A DNA stretch of 62,310 bases, the filler included, from Choristocarpus tenellus KU-1152 (lineage: Eukaryota; Protista; Phaeophyceae), in assembly GCA_964200185.2 (NCBI GenBank). It is 10 parts of 10 records of this genome, joined end to end, with 100 filler letters (N's around TTAATTAATTAA, not from the genome) between each part and the next. Parts side by side here need not be neighbours in the genome. Positions count along the whole stretch, not along the records: positions 28,385 to 45,171 come from CAXNAD020000772.1; positions 45,272 to 53,512 come from CAXNAD020004944.1; 8 more parts are not named here. One strand, written 5' to 3'. The notes under the pieces were generated by a model, which was given only the letters and a program-made list of their open reading frames with translations, was not told the DNA's origin and did no database searches. A program made the position numbers and the translations under genes. Position 1 is the first letter of the stretch. Every line of letters begins with the position of its first letter. Shown here piece after piece: positions 36,101-49,104 of this stretch.

Positions 36101-38740
36101 AACGAAATTTAGAGGCAAACTGTGACCAGACACACCACCTTCTATAATAATCCACGGTGCCAACTGAAAAAAGTCGGTTTCAAACGCAGTCGATACTATG
36201 CATTTCAGATCCGAGCAACTCACCGTCTCCAACCAGCACCTTCACTAATACACACCACAACCCTCAATTTCATTGTCCTCCATAATTTGAATACTTGTCT
36301 ACAGGATACAATTCGAAGATCTGTTTGTTTCACCATTTGTAGAAGCAAAGAAATTTGTGGAGGACAAGGACAGCTACCTCAAGCAGGTGATCCCTCTCAT
36401 CCCCCCCACACATCCTACGTGGTTCACTGGAAAACCCTTTCTCAAATCTTGGTGCTAACATCCAGGAAATAATGTTCTGCCGCAAGAGTTCGCAAGCACA
36501 AACATGAGCAAGAGGAAGGCACTCACAAGACATATCGTCAACAGTAGGTAACACCACTCAAAATCTGATCAAGGAGAAATTGAAGCAAATGGGGAATGTA
36601 TCCTGTTTGCTCTTACCTGGGCTCCATGACATTTGATAGTTTAATCTACGGAGCGTACTATTAGTACTGATTTACTCAACATCGCACACAGTTCATCCAG
36701 AAATACTCGTTCGCAATCAAGCATCATCAATACCTGGAAAATCAAGTTGTAGAGGGTATGTAAGGAGATGAGTTAGAGGTACTTGAGAGGCACAAAATAG
36801 AGCAACCATTGTATGGAGTACAAAGTCGAAATTTGTGATGATACCTAGTAGTTGTGATCGAGTAGAAATTCCCACTCCTCTCTTCGACACTGGACTCCTC
36901 ATTCCACCCCCTTTCACATCTTCACTGCAACTATCACTTCTTCTATCTCCGTACCACCTACCATGCGTGAAGGTGCAGTCATCCATTCACAATTGCCTAG
37001 ACTGCAACAAAGGAGTCAAGACCTTGGAGAGGCTGGGTCTGCTATGGGAAACGTTGACCTTTGCCAAGGGAGTCGACTTTGAAGCATGTGTTCGAGAGGC
37101 TGAAACAAAATTCCTCGTGCTATTTCGGGATAGGATCTTGCAGCTTTTGCAAATCTTCCCAGAGGTGTAGGACGAATATTGCTGTCAAGGGTTTCATTGT
37201 GGGTGCACGGGGATGTGGTGTAGAGCGAATATTTCTTGGGTTCATCGATCAAGGATGGGACAAATGACATAGGCTCTGGAGATGATGGAACTATTCACCC
37301 AATAGATATTTTATAGAGAACCGTGTTGAACAGGAGTGGATACGTTCGGAGAGTTGAAGGCAGGACACGATTTTACTGCTTAAGAAGATTTGGGAGATTG
37401 AAGGATAGGGAAAAATATGCTATGAGGAACACAGAAAACAATTGTGATACACATTCAGCAATGCACGATTTTTCCAATGTCCCTCTTATTCCTGTACATC
37501 CCCCCTGCTGCCATCCTTGCTACTCCCTATACCCTCTCTCCTCAGCCTACCTTACAAGAATAATTGCTCATGCTCGCACAACCCAATCCTTCTCTCACAT
37601 TCAAAAACCGTTGCTACCCTTGAATTGCTGCTACTGTAGTGTGCCCGAAACATGAAGGGCTGTATTTCATCATCTGGACAACGGTTCTGGACTGACACCA
37701 AGCAGTTCCCACGAGCAGCCCCCCTGGACTGTGCAAGGGAGAAGGAATATATCATCTTTGTAATATCCAGTGCTACTATACTTGCGGTCTCATGCGAGGT
37801 GGTGCCCCCTCCAGAGAAGTTTGTCCTTCCCAAGGACCATATCCAGCACTCTAGAAATGATATGTGTAAGGGTGAGTTGAAAGGCATACACCCTTGTCTT
37901 GGTTGTTCAGGATTGAGTTTGGCTTAGGTATAAAGGGGCGAGTGGGTGGAGGATGATTGAGGTACGTTGGTTGAGGTTCTTTGAGATTGTGGTTTAGTCT
38001 AGAGTTGTGCTAGTAGTGGATTGGAGAGTGCATGAACTGTAGGGCAATGGAGGAAAACCGAAAATGGAGACAGTGGAGAATTAAACACGAAATATGTGCT
38101 CTTGTTGCTTCGATGAGGATAACTCTTACCTGATACTCTTCATCACCTACAAACATGTCTTCTTCAGGAAAGTACCTGAATTGGAGCCCACTGCAAAAAG
38201 TTCACTCTGCGGACGCAGAACAAGGAAAGGGAGAAGGAGGGGGCAGGGGATAGGGTGAGCCAGTCTCAGAGATTTTCCTCTATTGCATCATTCTTGTACT
38301 AGACCTATTTTTAATACACAGTGGTGAAACAAGCAATCTGCCATTCTCTGTTTAAGGTACTCTTGCATTCTGCCCTCAGAATTGCTCACTCTCATACCCC
38401 GGTTGTTACCCTCACTCTATAGGTGTTGCCTGGTGAGTGCAATGTGACCAATATCGAAGAGACTAAGACCTGGGGTATTGAAGACATCAGGGCTGAATTG
38501 GTGGCCCTGGTGGATAAGGTAAAGAACTTGAAAGAAAAACTGTGTAGACAAAATGCAAAGCGCTAAACTGCACTCTCTTAACTCTCAGGAAAACTTCATA
38601 TTGAAGATAGTCACCAACATGATGTCAAGAATTCTACCCTGGTCTCAAATCAGCCAGGGTGATGTTTGGCTCAGAGCAGTGTTAATTATCAACTCAACCC
38701 GAAGTCAAGCTGAGTGCAGTCTCATATTTGGTCTACTTGA

Positions 38741-38998
38741 GAGTGAAATTATCTTTGGGGGTACGAGTTTTGCCCTGTTTGTCCACTAGGGGTTGGCTTC
38801 CCATGGTGTTTTTTTATGACATTTTCCTGCTTCATTATATTTAGGAGTAGGTAAAGTGTATACATTATGAAAAGTGTGTCCAGAACATGAATATTGGCAC
38901 TTCCTAACAAACAAGATGGTCAAAATTACATCAAAATCGCAACATTAGATTTTGGTCCCCAAATGGACGCGACTCTACCCTCTAAGATACTTTTGCTC
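38741..38998 (+). mobile_element. MITE family C copy
   Basis: GAGTGAAATTATCTTTGGGGGTACGAG ... CTCTACCCTCTAAGATACTTTTGCTC; no clean TSD. Confidence 0.85.
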
Positions 38999-40905
38999 TA
39001 AATCCGTATTTTTGTGAACTTGGCATTGGAGAAGGCTGGTCAGATAACTGAAAGTTGCCTCCCTACATGAACCACATGGCACCCATTACAAGCACTTCAA
39101 GATATCAGCAATAATTGTCTCTTTCGTTTTGTTATTTCTTCTCTCCAGCTCTCAGGTGTGGAAGTTGAAGATCTCGGATTCGAGCCAACACAATTTGATG
39201 TACATGGACACCTCAAGATCCATATCGACTCCATCTCTGCTGCTAGCAACATGTGGGCATGGAAATATCGGTGGGCGATCAGAAAAGGGTGGCAATCAAC
39301 AATTTGTACTCATCTGGGTATTGCAGCAGTGATCGTTCCCACTTGCTAGTTCAGAAATATTATTTACACTTTCATTAGGTTCTATTATTTGAATCAAAGA
39401 TTGTAGTTCCCTGTCCTACCTGCAGCACAACCTTCCTTGTTTGGGGGTCGCAGAGACAGTATATGGTCATGGATTACCATGCCAGTCACGACCATTTGAT
39501 TGCATTGAGCTCACAGAAGGAGACCATTTTTATCAGTGTGTTAAATGCGTCACATGTTGGGGAAGTGTAGCAACTGAACAAGTGTGCAACACCAGGACAT
39601 CTTCGCTTTCAAGGTTAATTTTAGGAGTTGACAGAGGAAGATGAGAACCGAAAATGGACTTAGTATCAATAAGGTGCTCGTTGGAGGCCCAAACTGAGCT
39701 ACATAGCTACCATGAATAGTGTGTTGTGCCTACCCTCATAGTAAATCTCCAGCTAAAACCTGTTGTTTTCTGACCTATATGCAATATAGTTGCAACATCT
39801 TACGTCAAACCCAACTTTTATGTGTATTATTCCAAATGTCCTACACTCATTCATATCCTCCTACCCACTACCACCTACCCACTACCACCTAACCTAACCA
39901 TGCCCTCTTTCACACGCACTTAAACAGTACAGTCCATACATAGTGCAGCCAAACTTCGTCAGGAGGCACAATGCAACTTCCATTCTGGTCACACTATTCC
40001 CTAGCATTTCTCACTCTCATCTACCTTTCACCAATCCTCTATCACTGATCTCTTGGTCTGGACTCACATTGTTTCCTGATGCTGGTTTTCACTGATCCTT
40101 ATTTCAACACTGATACACATCCTGCCGACATTGTGATTGACAAGGATCGAGGGGACCTCCCATCAAAAGTTGAAAGAAATCGCGGAAAAGATAACCCCAA
40201 CAGTCACTGCTACAACATCATCTGCGAGTGGCTTGGCCATGGTGGAGATCTTCAAGGCGAGAATGATATTCGCACAGAGGGAAAACAATTGGAAATGCGT
40301 AGAAGATCTACCTTCAAGTATGAGTTCAGTTATGAGTTCAATGGAGTACTCTTAAGCGGATTTGTCAGAGATTTATTTCATTCGTCCAATTTATGGAAAG
40401 TTTTCTATCACATACTTGGAAGTAGCACTACATGGCAGAGTTATACCATTCTACCTAATCTAAAATACCTACAGGTTTGGAAGCCTAGCTGTCGCTGAGC
40501 ATCCTTTATGCTTGAGGAGACAGAATCAACATCTATGACTTCCCATAATATATGTGGAACAATAACAACATCAGGGTAATCTACGGTTTCATATTTTTGA
40601 GCATTGTCCGGTCTGGTCCGTAAACTTCAAAGGATATATTTGCATGTGCAAGCAACAAGTGAGAGATACATCTTTTCTCCTTGTTCAGCATTTGCTCTGT
40701 TCAATCGTCAAGCCCACACTGTACGGATGTCTTGATTGTATTGCACCTCACACCTGCAATGCCCACAGATCTTGTAGAAGAAGAAGCTTGAAGCCTTCAA
40801 GGATTACACAAACAACTAAGCCTCAATAGATGCATACTTTCTCAGTCAGGTGCATATCCCCATCCGGACCATTGGGACAAAATTTGTGCTCGTCCACTTC
40901 CTCCA

Positions 40906-41085
40906 GGCTCAAAGTATCTGGGAGGGGGTGGCAGCTGTCTATTTGGGGTCAATTTTTTCATATTGCGGTTTTTGGGTGATTTGGTTGCCATGCGTCGGAT
41001 GGATAATGCAAATGCACTTTTCCCGATTTTGGTCCAAATGGACACCCTCGTGTAGACCCCCCCACCCCCCCAGATACTTTGGGTC
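40906..41085 (+). mobile_element. MITE family A full copy, TSD TCCA
   Basis: GGCTCAAAGTATCTGGGAGGGGG ... CCCCCCCAGATACTTTGGGTC, flanked by TCCA/TCCA. Confidence 0.88.
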
Positions 41086-42405
41086 TCCACTTGAAACTAA
41101 AACTCACACATTATGGTCAGGTTCCCTCCCTACCTTCTCCCTTTGATGTCCTCCCCTGCCATAAACCAATTCGTCATCCTACTATTCCCAATACAGCTTA
41201 ATCTATCTACCCACCCTTGCCCACCTCACTTTAAACTCTCGTGTTCTCTAACCTCAGTCTCCTTGCCACTGACACCACTTTTCTGGATGGCTTGAAAGCA
41301 GCTCCAACCGAAAAGGCATGTAACAAGTACGACCCTGTTGAGATGGCCGTGACTAGATGTGCCCCACCTGGGTTCACCAAGCGGGATAAGACAGTGATTG
41401 ACAAGGGAGAACTCACGATGAGGGAATTTCGTTACTATTTTAAGGAGGTTACAGGTAAGATGTTGAATGTGAATTATTTAGGAACTTGTGAGAATGTATG
41501 TATGTGCGTGCTCCCTTGATATATGTATGTTATCTTTATTCAATAGTTCAATACTTTTCAAGCTCTTGATTCTCCCTGCTTCTTTCTTTGATATGGACAT
41601 TTTGAGTAATACTTAGATCCATGTCATGATACGATCTTGGTTAGCCATATCAATCCCATGAATGACTAATCGGCAGTAAAATTTTACCCTCAATTAGATT
41701 CAAAATGTGTCTTTGACGTGACTGGTCTGAGGCCAACCAAAGGTCCAACGTTTGACAACACAAACGGTTGCTTAAGAACCCTCTGCAAGGTTTGATTAAG
41801 AAGTAATCCGCCTTGCAGTCAAGTATCTGTATTTTGATGGGATACCCATTCATTGTAGTGCAAACTCTATTATGATACTGGCTGGCAACGAGAGAGATAT
41901 GCTCATAGGGCATCCATCAGTTGTCTTACAAACTCAGGACTCACATTTCTTGTGATTCCTTGCATTATTGTGCAGTCATGTTGTTCAGGGTAGAGTGCCA
42001 ACAAAGGTTCTCCAAATGTTATGCTGGTCATTCTTGAATAGAACAAGGGGGTGACATCAACAGCAGATATATTCCATACCCCGCCCCCTACACTCACCAT
42101 ATTTTGATGAGGCGCTTGGAGATCCTTGTTGTGACTGGACTGACTTCTTCCTCCTTTCCTCCTCCTCCCTATCTTTGCACATGTACTGTCTATGGCCTAA
42201 TGCGTTTCTTGGTGTGATTCTGATTGTCCCCGTGAGACAGGGCTGACATGTGTCCTCCAACTACATTCCGTCAGTAACCTTGTTGGCCCACAGAGGGGAC
42301 GGTTGCTCTATGATGCCCAGGTATCTGAACAACCCATGAATGTTCATTGTGACTCCCCATACCATGCCTTGTACTCCACACTACATACATCGAGGTAGTA
42401 CTACT

Positions 42406-42663
42406 GAGTCAAAGTAAGCGAGAGGTACCCATGGTTGAATTTTTTTGATGCTGGCAAATATGTGTAAATTTTGGCATTTTGAAAAAATGTGTGTAGGAAA
42501 TTTCCTTAATTCTGTCGAGATATTTTTAACAACAGAGAAATGAACGCTTTCAAATCGAGTTTAGTACTTCATCCATAGAAGTATGGGTGAATTGCATACA
42601 AGGAAAAAAGTGGCTTATAATGCAAAAAGATCAAAACCTGGGTATCCTCGTTTACTTCGGCAC
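42406..42663 (-). mobile_element. MITE family B copy (reverse orientation), TSD ACT
   Basis: GAGTCAAAGTAAGCGAGAGGTACCC ... GGGTATCCTCGTTTACTTCGGCAC, flanked by ACT/ACT. Confidence 0.85.
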
Positions 42664-45272
42664 ACTGTATCAATGGGAATGTCCAAACATGATCAAAATA
42701 TTGCATTGAGTTATATTATTTATGGTGGGTTGGTGAAGTGATGTAAACCATGCTTCACTTGCACTGAAAACTTCAAATTGTTGAGGTGTGCTTCAAACTA
42801 CAATGCCACAATGCCACAATGCCAACTATGCATTTCAACAGTGCAGAGTTCCTGATGAAACTCTTGCTGATTGCTGCTATATTGGGACTTTTTTGTGGTG
42901 GTTGAATGTGAGAAACAGCATAGAGATAAATGATCTCGGTACATTTCCATGTCACCGCCTGTTACAAAGGCTGGGATCCTAGGTTTGTTGGCAGAGCATG
43001 ACTATTTTAAGTAATAGCTTGCTAGTACTTGCAATCCCCATTTAACTTTACTATTTCCATTCAACTGCTGATATTGTCTTTGCATTTTGTTTTTGTCTTG
43101 TGCGATGCCTTTATGCAATTGGGATGGGTGGGGTCTTGGTATGTTTGGTACTTATTACAGCCCTGGAAGGTGGAGTACAAAGCTTATATATATAATGATG
43201 CCTTAAACATGAACCTTAGGAAGTGGATCAACCTGCGCTACAAGGATGTGAGTTGACGCTACACGCACATTTAAACTCCCCTACACAACACCCGTTTTGA
43301 ATGGGAACGGGATCATGCAAGCCTGGGTAGATGTTAGCCACACTGTCAACAACAAAGTCAAGATGATATCTCTTGCATTTTTTTAGAAATGAGAAGTGGC
43401 AACTTCATAGTACCAGTCTAGCAGGGCAGCTATGATATAAACTTTTGGCTTTCAGATATAATACGAGATCTGTATGTAGGCATTTGTGTCTTGTTGTCAA
43501 ATGTATTGCAACAACTATAGGAAAACCTTGTTGCAAGTAATACCAAGAATGTCTTGGTGTTTGGTTGTGCTTTCTTCTTACTTTTTTCTCTCCCTTGACA
43601 TCACTGCCAAAATGTTAGAGTGGACGGAAAATATTGTTAATGGCAACCACCGCAACTTCAAGGGTGTAAATGCTACCGTGCTCCCCACAAATACACACAA
43701 CCTTTATTTTCCCAACCCAATGTTTTTCTGTGCTCAACAGAAGAGCAATCAATCCGATGATAGTGGGTGTTGTATCCACCATTTTTGTACCCACACCTGT
43801 GACCCGTGTCATGGACAACAGGCTACTCCCATCTATCCCTCACACCTCCACTAGTTATATAACCTCCAATTCTATATCTCCCCCCCTTTTCAACACCACC
43901 TGCTCTGCTGTTGCAGTCTCCATCAGGAGCTGTAATCATCCCTGGACAGACCTGCATCGATCTTCAGGTCTCATATGTCAATAGAGCTGGTGAACCTTAC
44001 AGGGTACCCCCCATTGCATATCGATGGGCATGTAGAGTAGAAGGGGAGTGGAAGAACTAGTAAGGGTGGTTGATTCCTTTCACAATCAGTCTCGGTAGTG
44101 TGCGCTGTAATCGTCTGTTTGATGACCCTTGAGAAAACGTTGTTTTAGGTAGCAACATTGTTTTAAGTAGGCAACAGCCTCAGTGCCCATAGTAGGGTTG
44201 GTGCATAGCCTTACCTCTGCAGTCGCGGAAAGGATACTGCTGTATATGTTGTTTGACACAGTGCTGCTGCAAGGATCATTTGCCTTCCTTTATTCGTGCA
44301 GGCGTAGTATGTGACCAGAGAAGGGGTTCTCAACACAATGCTGTCCCATGTACCCACATTGTTTGGAGGGCAACTTTAACTTCCTCATGATTAATCAGTT
44401 CCATAGGTGGGATCTCTCTCCCTGCAAATCACTGCAAGGATGTCATTTTGGGGGTGGGAGCTTGCAGGAAGGACACCATTTTCTGATTGACACTAATTTT
44501 GGGGTGTAGAGCGAGACGAATGAAGCAGTTTGAGCACCTCGTTTGTACAAATGCCTTTGTACAGTGGTTGTTTGCTGTCAGTCAACTCTCTATTATATAC
44601 CCCATAGGTTTCTGTCATTTATTCCTGCAAATCACCATGTTGAGGTATATTGATATTCAACCTGCACATATATATATATGTGCTTCAGATTCTTGCTCAC
44701 CTGCAGCACAGATCATGTTTATTCTTACACACACTCTTTGCAGTGCTTATCTGTTATCTATAAACCGCTGTTATATGCATGTCCTAGATCGTCCCCCCCT
44801 TACCTCCCTGTTATCGCACCCCTTGGCATTGGATTCTTCTTGAGGTGTTTTTGCCTAAAAGTTGTGTACATGGCATCATTGCCATCCGAGCCCAACAAAA
44901 TAAGTGTGCACCCTTTTGGTAACCCCTCTACAAACCTTGATTGTGAGGAATCGTCCAAGCAGACCCCAAAATGTATCAAGGTGCAGGAGTTCTTTAGTGA
45001 ACGAATACTCACTGTACCCCATGTAGCATGCCCTAATATCACCAGCAGAGGACAGTTTTGACTCAAGCGGTGACTAGGTTACACCATGTGAGGAAACATC
45101 ATGTTCAAGGGGGTGTTTTAATGAGGCATTTTTACCTGCTCCCTCTGTCCCCTATAGTCTTCCATGTTATCNNNNNNNNNNNNNNNNNNNNNNNNNNNNN
45201 NNNNNNNNNNNNNNNTTAATTAATTAANNNNNNNNNNNNNNNNNNNNNNNNNNNNNNNNNNNNNNNNNNNNG

Positions 45273-45320
<48 letters not shown>

Positions 45321-45549
45321 GTCCAGTGTTTGTCATGCGGATGGTGGAGAATAAGAGGACAGTGCAATCTATAGGGAGGTCCCTCTCCAAAATAAATTCT
45401 ACAGCAATGGATATCACAATACAACTCAAGGCATTCACCCTAACTCTACCATACGCTTCACTAGTTTGTAGTATTTCTCCTTCCCTTCTTCTAAGTAGGT
45501 ACATATGCTGTGTGAGCACCAAACATAAGCAAACCCTAGACAACCACAC

Positions 45550-47014
45550 CTTGATGTAAATGTTCCTTAAGGTATTGGCTGCCACTACAAAAGCCTCCCC
45601 AAGACCATCAGCCAGTTTAGCACCCAGATCCACTTCCATAACGCTCCGCAGAGAGCAGAGAAGCTTGTCCACTAGAGAGGCGTTTGAACGTCCATACAAG
45701 GCACAAATATCCAGCACCACAGCTGCTGTAAAGAAACCTGACAGCCCAAGCAACTCCACTGAAGTGATTGCATCCGTATCTGCAATCTGATTTGAGTGGA
45801 TAGGGGGTACCAAGGTATGTGTTGGCGACGGATAGTATTGGAGTAATTGCGTTGTGTCACAGATACTGGTTTTATATGTGCATGGTCCCAGGTAGTTGGC
45901 AAGAGAGACCCTCTTCTTGGTTTAATGGAACTTCACTGTATCAGGGACTAGACTCATCAGCTGGCTAGAGCATGTTCCGAATAGTGTCCACAACGGCCTT
46001 TTTTACTATTAAATGCATTAACCTTCCTGTAAATAAACATTAATTCACTTGAATCCGTTCGATCATACCTAACTTGTACAAATAAGGAAAAATCAAAGAC
46101 CGCTGGAGCATAACTAGCAAGCTGCATCGACTATTCCGTGTGGTTCAGTCTGCATTACCATTAACTGTAGTTACATCTGAGGCAGCATGAAGGATAGTCA
46201 TTGACCAGAAAGTGTTGTGCTGCATCCTGGCATTATGCAGTCTAGTAAGCAAGCAATGCTACAGGACTCTTTAGATACGGTGGCAGGAAGGTTCTCAGTA
46301 CGCTGTGCTTACGGTGAGGCGAATAATACTGCCTACCATCTAATATGCATCAAGGTGCCTTAGGATCAAAGCGCAACGTTCATAGTTCATGGTATGAACC
46401 ACTGCGCAAGAGGTCCTACATGGAACCATCACGTTTGCACTTAATGGATATTGAGGAGGCTATTTGGTACTTCTACGATGCTTCACCTTCAACGCAGTAA
46501 TCTCTCGACCCACAAGACGGAGGAGTACCATGAAGACTCGCTTTGACAACTCTTGCAATGTCTGTGACTCGGACGGCATGGCATTTTCTATAGACTCAAA
46601 GTGACGCCGGCGGAACCTAAGAATAACAAGGTGTTTAGTGCTAGGGAGAGAGTACGGTGGTCATCACTACGGCAAAGTGTGATCATGTTGAAATGCTCTT
46701 GTCATTGATATATATATGTCCCATGAACCCTTAGCACTCCCATTATTGATATCTCATGTACAGTACCATCGCTCTCACCGGAGGAAGGTATCTATGAACT
46801 TTTTTAAAGAATATTCGCCAAGCACAAAGCCTAGGAAAGTAGGAAATGGGTAGCTGAGGAGGCGGCCTAGCTCGATATTCGCCCTCTCCACAGAGACAAG
46901 TGAGGCAGAGAGAATACCGCAGTCATTGTCTTGTGGCAGGAAGGGAACCAGCTGAAGCGGCGGCTCCCGCTTGTGCCAGTCTCGCCAGTCCATATTGCTC
47001 GCATTAGATGCCAT
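45550..47014 (-). CDS. ASCC2: ASCC2-like (activating signal cointegrator 1 complex subunit 2) N-terminal region, 3' end missing
   Basis: Exons 47014-46779 (..LVPFLPQD..ELGRLLSYPFPTFLGFVLGEYSLKKFIDTFLR), 46616-46487 (FRRRHFE..LSKRVFMVLLRL) and 45786-45550 (..VVLDICALYGRSNASLVDKLL), phase-consistent. They match the ASCC2 pattern FLDSYL..RR / RRVFMVxxR / LLDICAxYG..N. Confidence 0.75.
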
Positions 47015-47403
47015 AATACTCACTACTGTTCTCCTCCTTGTCCTCCTTTGCAAATTTGCAAATTTGCAAATTGAGAGGTATAGAGAGGGGTTGGAGGTGA
47101 TCTAGGATTGGCTGTAGTGAAGATGTTGCGGTGGAATTTTCAACTCCCTAACCCTTAAATGGTTTGCCAGTTCCACATCATTGTAGTGCTTCCATCGTCT
47201 TGGCAAGTTGCCTAGCCATTTCCACATTATTCTGTGACGTAGTCTCGCTCTCTCGGCACCACCTCGACGATACTCACGAAGGGCCTAGCAACTAGCTTTG
47301 AAGACGGGAAAACACCAGTGGGACTTAGAGTTCGTCAAGTGTTTGTCAGAGGAGTTTTAGTTGGGTAACTCATCGATCTCCTCATCCCTTAGGACGGTTC
47401 AAG
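47015..47403. promoter_or_regulatory. Probable shared bidirectional promoter/5'UTR region
   Basis: At most ~390 bp between the divergent ASCC2-like and J-domain coding starts. Confidence 0.4.
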
Positions 47404-49104
47404 ATGCGGGACTACTACAGCGTGCTTAGAGTGGCTAGGAATGCCTCGCAGAACGAAATTAAGGCTGCATACCGATTGATAGCGCTGGCAGTGCACCCGG
47501 ACGTCAATAAGGGCTGCAAGGTCAGACTGAACCCACAACGAGGGGCACACGAGCACTTTTCCCCGTCAAATTGAAGCTACCAACCAAGGGCTTCCATCTT
47601 GCTGACACTCGAAATGTCCTTAGACAACCAGACACCAGCTTCGGGTTCACTGGTAAGGTAAATAGATCTGATGGTCATGATCTGACTCTTGTTACGGCCC
47701 CTTTGTCTCTGTTGTGGATTTGGTAATGTGTATTCCTCTCAGGATATGTCAGAGGAATTTAAGGCAGCCTCGGAAGCATACAGCGTCCTTGGAAATAGTG
47801 AGCAGAGGCGGGACTACGACAAGATACTAGGAGTAGAAAGTGTCAGAGTCTCGCAGGAAAGATGGTCGAGGGATGGAGGACCAGGAGTGTCTCCAAAATC
47901 AAGCAAATTTAGTAACGGTAGGCCCGTGTATGGGTCTGCGCCTCCACCAGACATGGACACCAAGGGCGAGGGAGAGTGGAAGGCATGGCATTATGAGGTT
48001 AATCCTCTCCAAAAGCCTCGTGTTAAGCAGTGAGTGCTGGCTATTCCTTTAGTTGTTGACAGGGTATATTCTGACGTTGCCGATTGAGCATGCACTCGAT
48101 TGATTTCAGCACAATTTCTATGAAACTGACCATATCTAAAGTGTATATGCAGTTCTCACAATCCACAGTCTCTTTTGCTTTAAATCCTCTGCATGTTTCG
48201 CTCTATTTGCGGATTTGGGGTAGCTTTTCCATCTTAATTGACCCACTGTCTAGGCACCAAGAGTTGAGGCATTTCTGTTTCGACATTATCGTAAAATTTG
48301 GACACACGTAGAAGGGGAAAATATGAAAACATTGAGGATTTGCTGAGCTCTTGCTACCGCTTGCAAGTAGACGAGATTGTGAATGTAAAGGCAGAAAAAT
48401 GTTCCTCCCACTGACGCATGCCCTTCAACAATATAGCGTTTAGTTGTTGTCTCAGTCATGTTATCACAGATCATTCATTTTTTCCTCTCCCACCCACCAT
48501 GCGCATGGGCTAAGTCTCTTTTGCGTGCTTTGTTGATTTCTTGTGCTCGGCTGAAAACAGTCTAGTCAGGTCTGTATCTCACCAGGGACCAGTGAAACAC
48601 TATTGGAACCTGGCAAGGGAATCCCCCCCCTGCCTCCTTCCTTGTTTCCATGTTTTAAAGCAGCATCAGCTTCATAACCTCTGTAACAATTATTGCTGAC
48701 TTGCACATATCACTGCATCCACTCTAAGCTTTGTGATTGGATTGACAAGAACCTCGCCCTCAACACTCACACTGTGACAAACCCTGACCCCATTGCTGGG
48801 TTTCTCGATTCCGTTCCACCCTGTCATCACTTCATTGACACAAAGGTCGTCATCTTGGATGTACCTGCATGGGAACTCCGACCAGCAGTTCTTCCACAGA
48901 CAAGTTGCTAAGGAAAACGCCCTTTGGGGGGTGGGCAGGGGGTACCGATACTCCACAAGTATTGAGAGAGAGAGGTTGACGCAGCGGGTTAAGCTGAGAC
49001 GAGAAAGGCGACTGAAACAAGCGCGTGAGAGGGAGGCTGAGGCTGCACGTGCTAGGGAGGGGGGAGGAGTCGCGGCTGAGGAGAGTGGTTGTTCTATTTC
49101 CTGA
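47404..49104 (+). CDS. J-domain (DnaJ class C) protein ending in a CaaX box
   Basis: Exons 47404-47520 ([42 protein letters not shown] intact), 47743-48029 ([22 protein letters not shown]...) and 48846-49104 (...EESGCSIS*). The frame is open upstream to 47329, so the start is uncertain. Confidence 0.9.

Larger units (their letters stand above)
28795..44060 (+). pseudogene. UBA1: Unprocessed (intron-containing) ubiquitin-activating enzyme E1 pseudogene, 5' end beyond the contig
   Basis: Collinear exons: 29100-29301, 30011-30188 (LLITDGAKIGQVEQLH), 31483-31551, 32007-32129, 32487-32630 (WLHLDFLEMLP..GGRHDHLLELFG), 34849-34912 (CVFHCKPIVESGALGTKCNVQ), 35749-35873 (VVPHITASYADG..ISMYACTNFPHNIRQCVE*AR), 36305-36386 (QFEDLFVSPF), 36973-37164 (LFRDRILQLLQIFPE), 37658-37871 (SSGQRFWTDTKQFP), ~38423-38518, 39149-39270 (HIDSISAASNMWAWKYR), 40145-40256 (IAEKITPTVTATTSSASGL), 40769-40829, ~41258-41454, 42241-42320, 43161-43247, 43917-44060. 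Weaker candidate exons lie at ~28795-28870, ~28926-29033 and ~38167-38253. Lesions: TAA 29199, GGGC duplication 30098-30101, TGA 35866, TAG 40775, 1-nt deletion near 40817. Confidence 0.9.
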
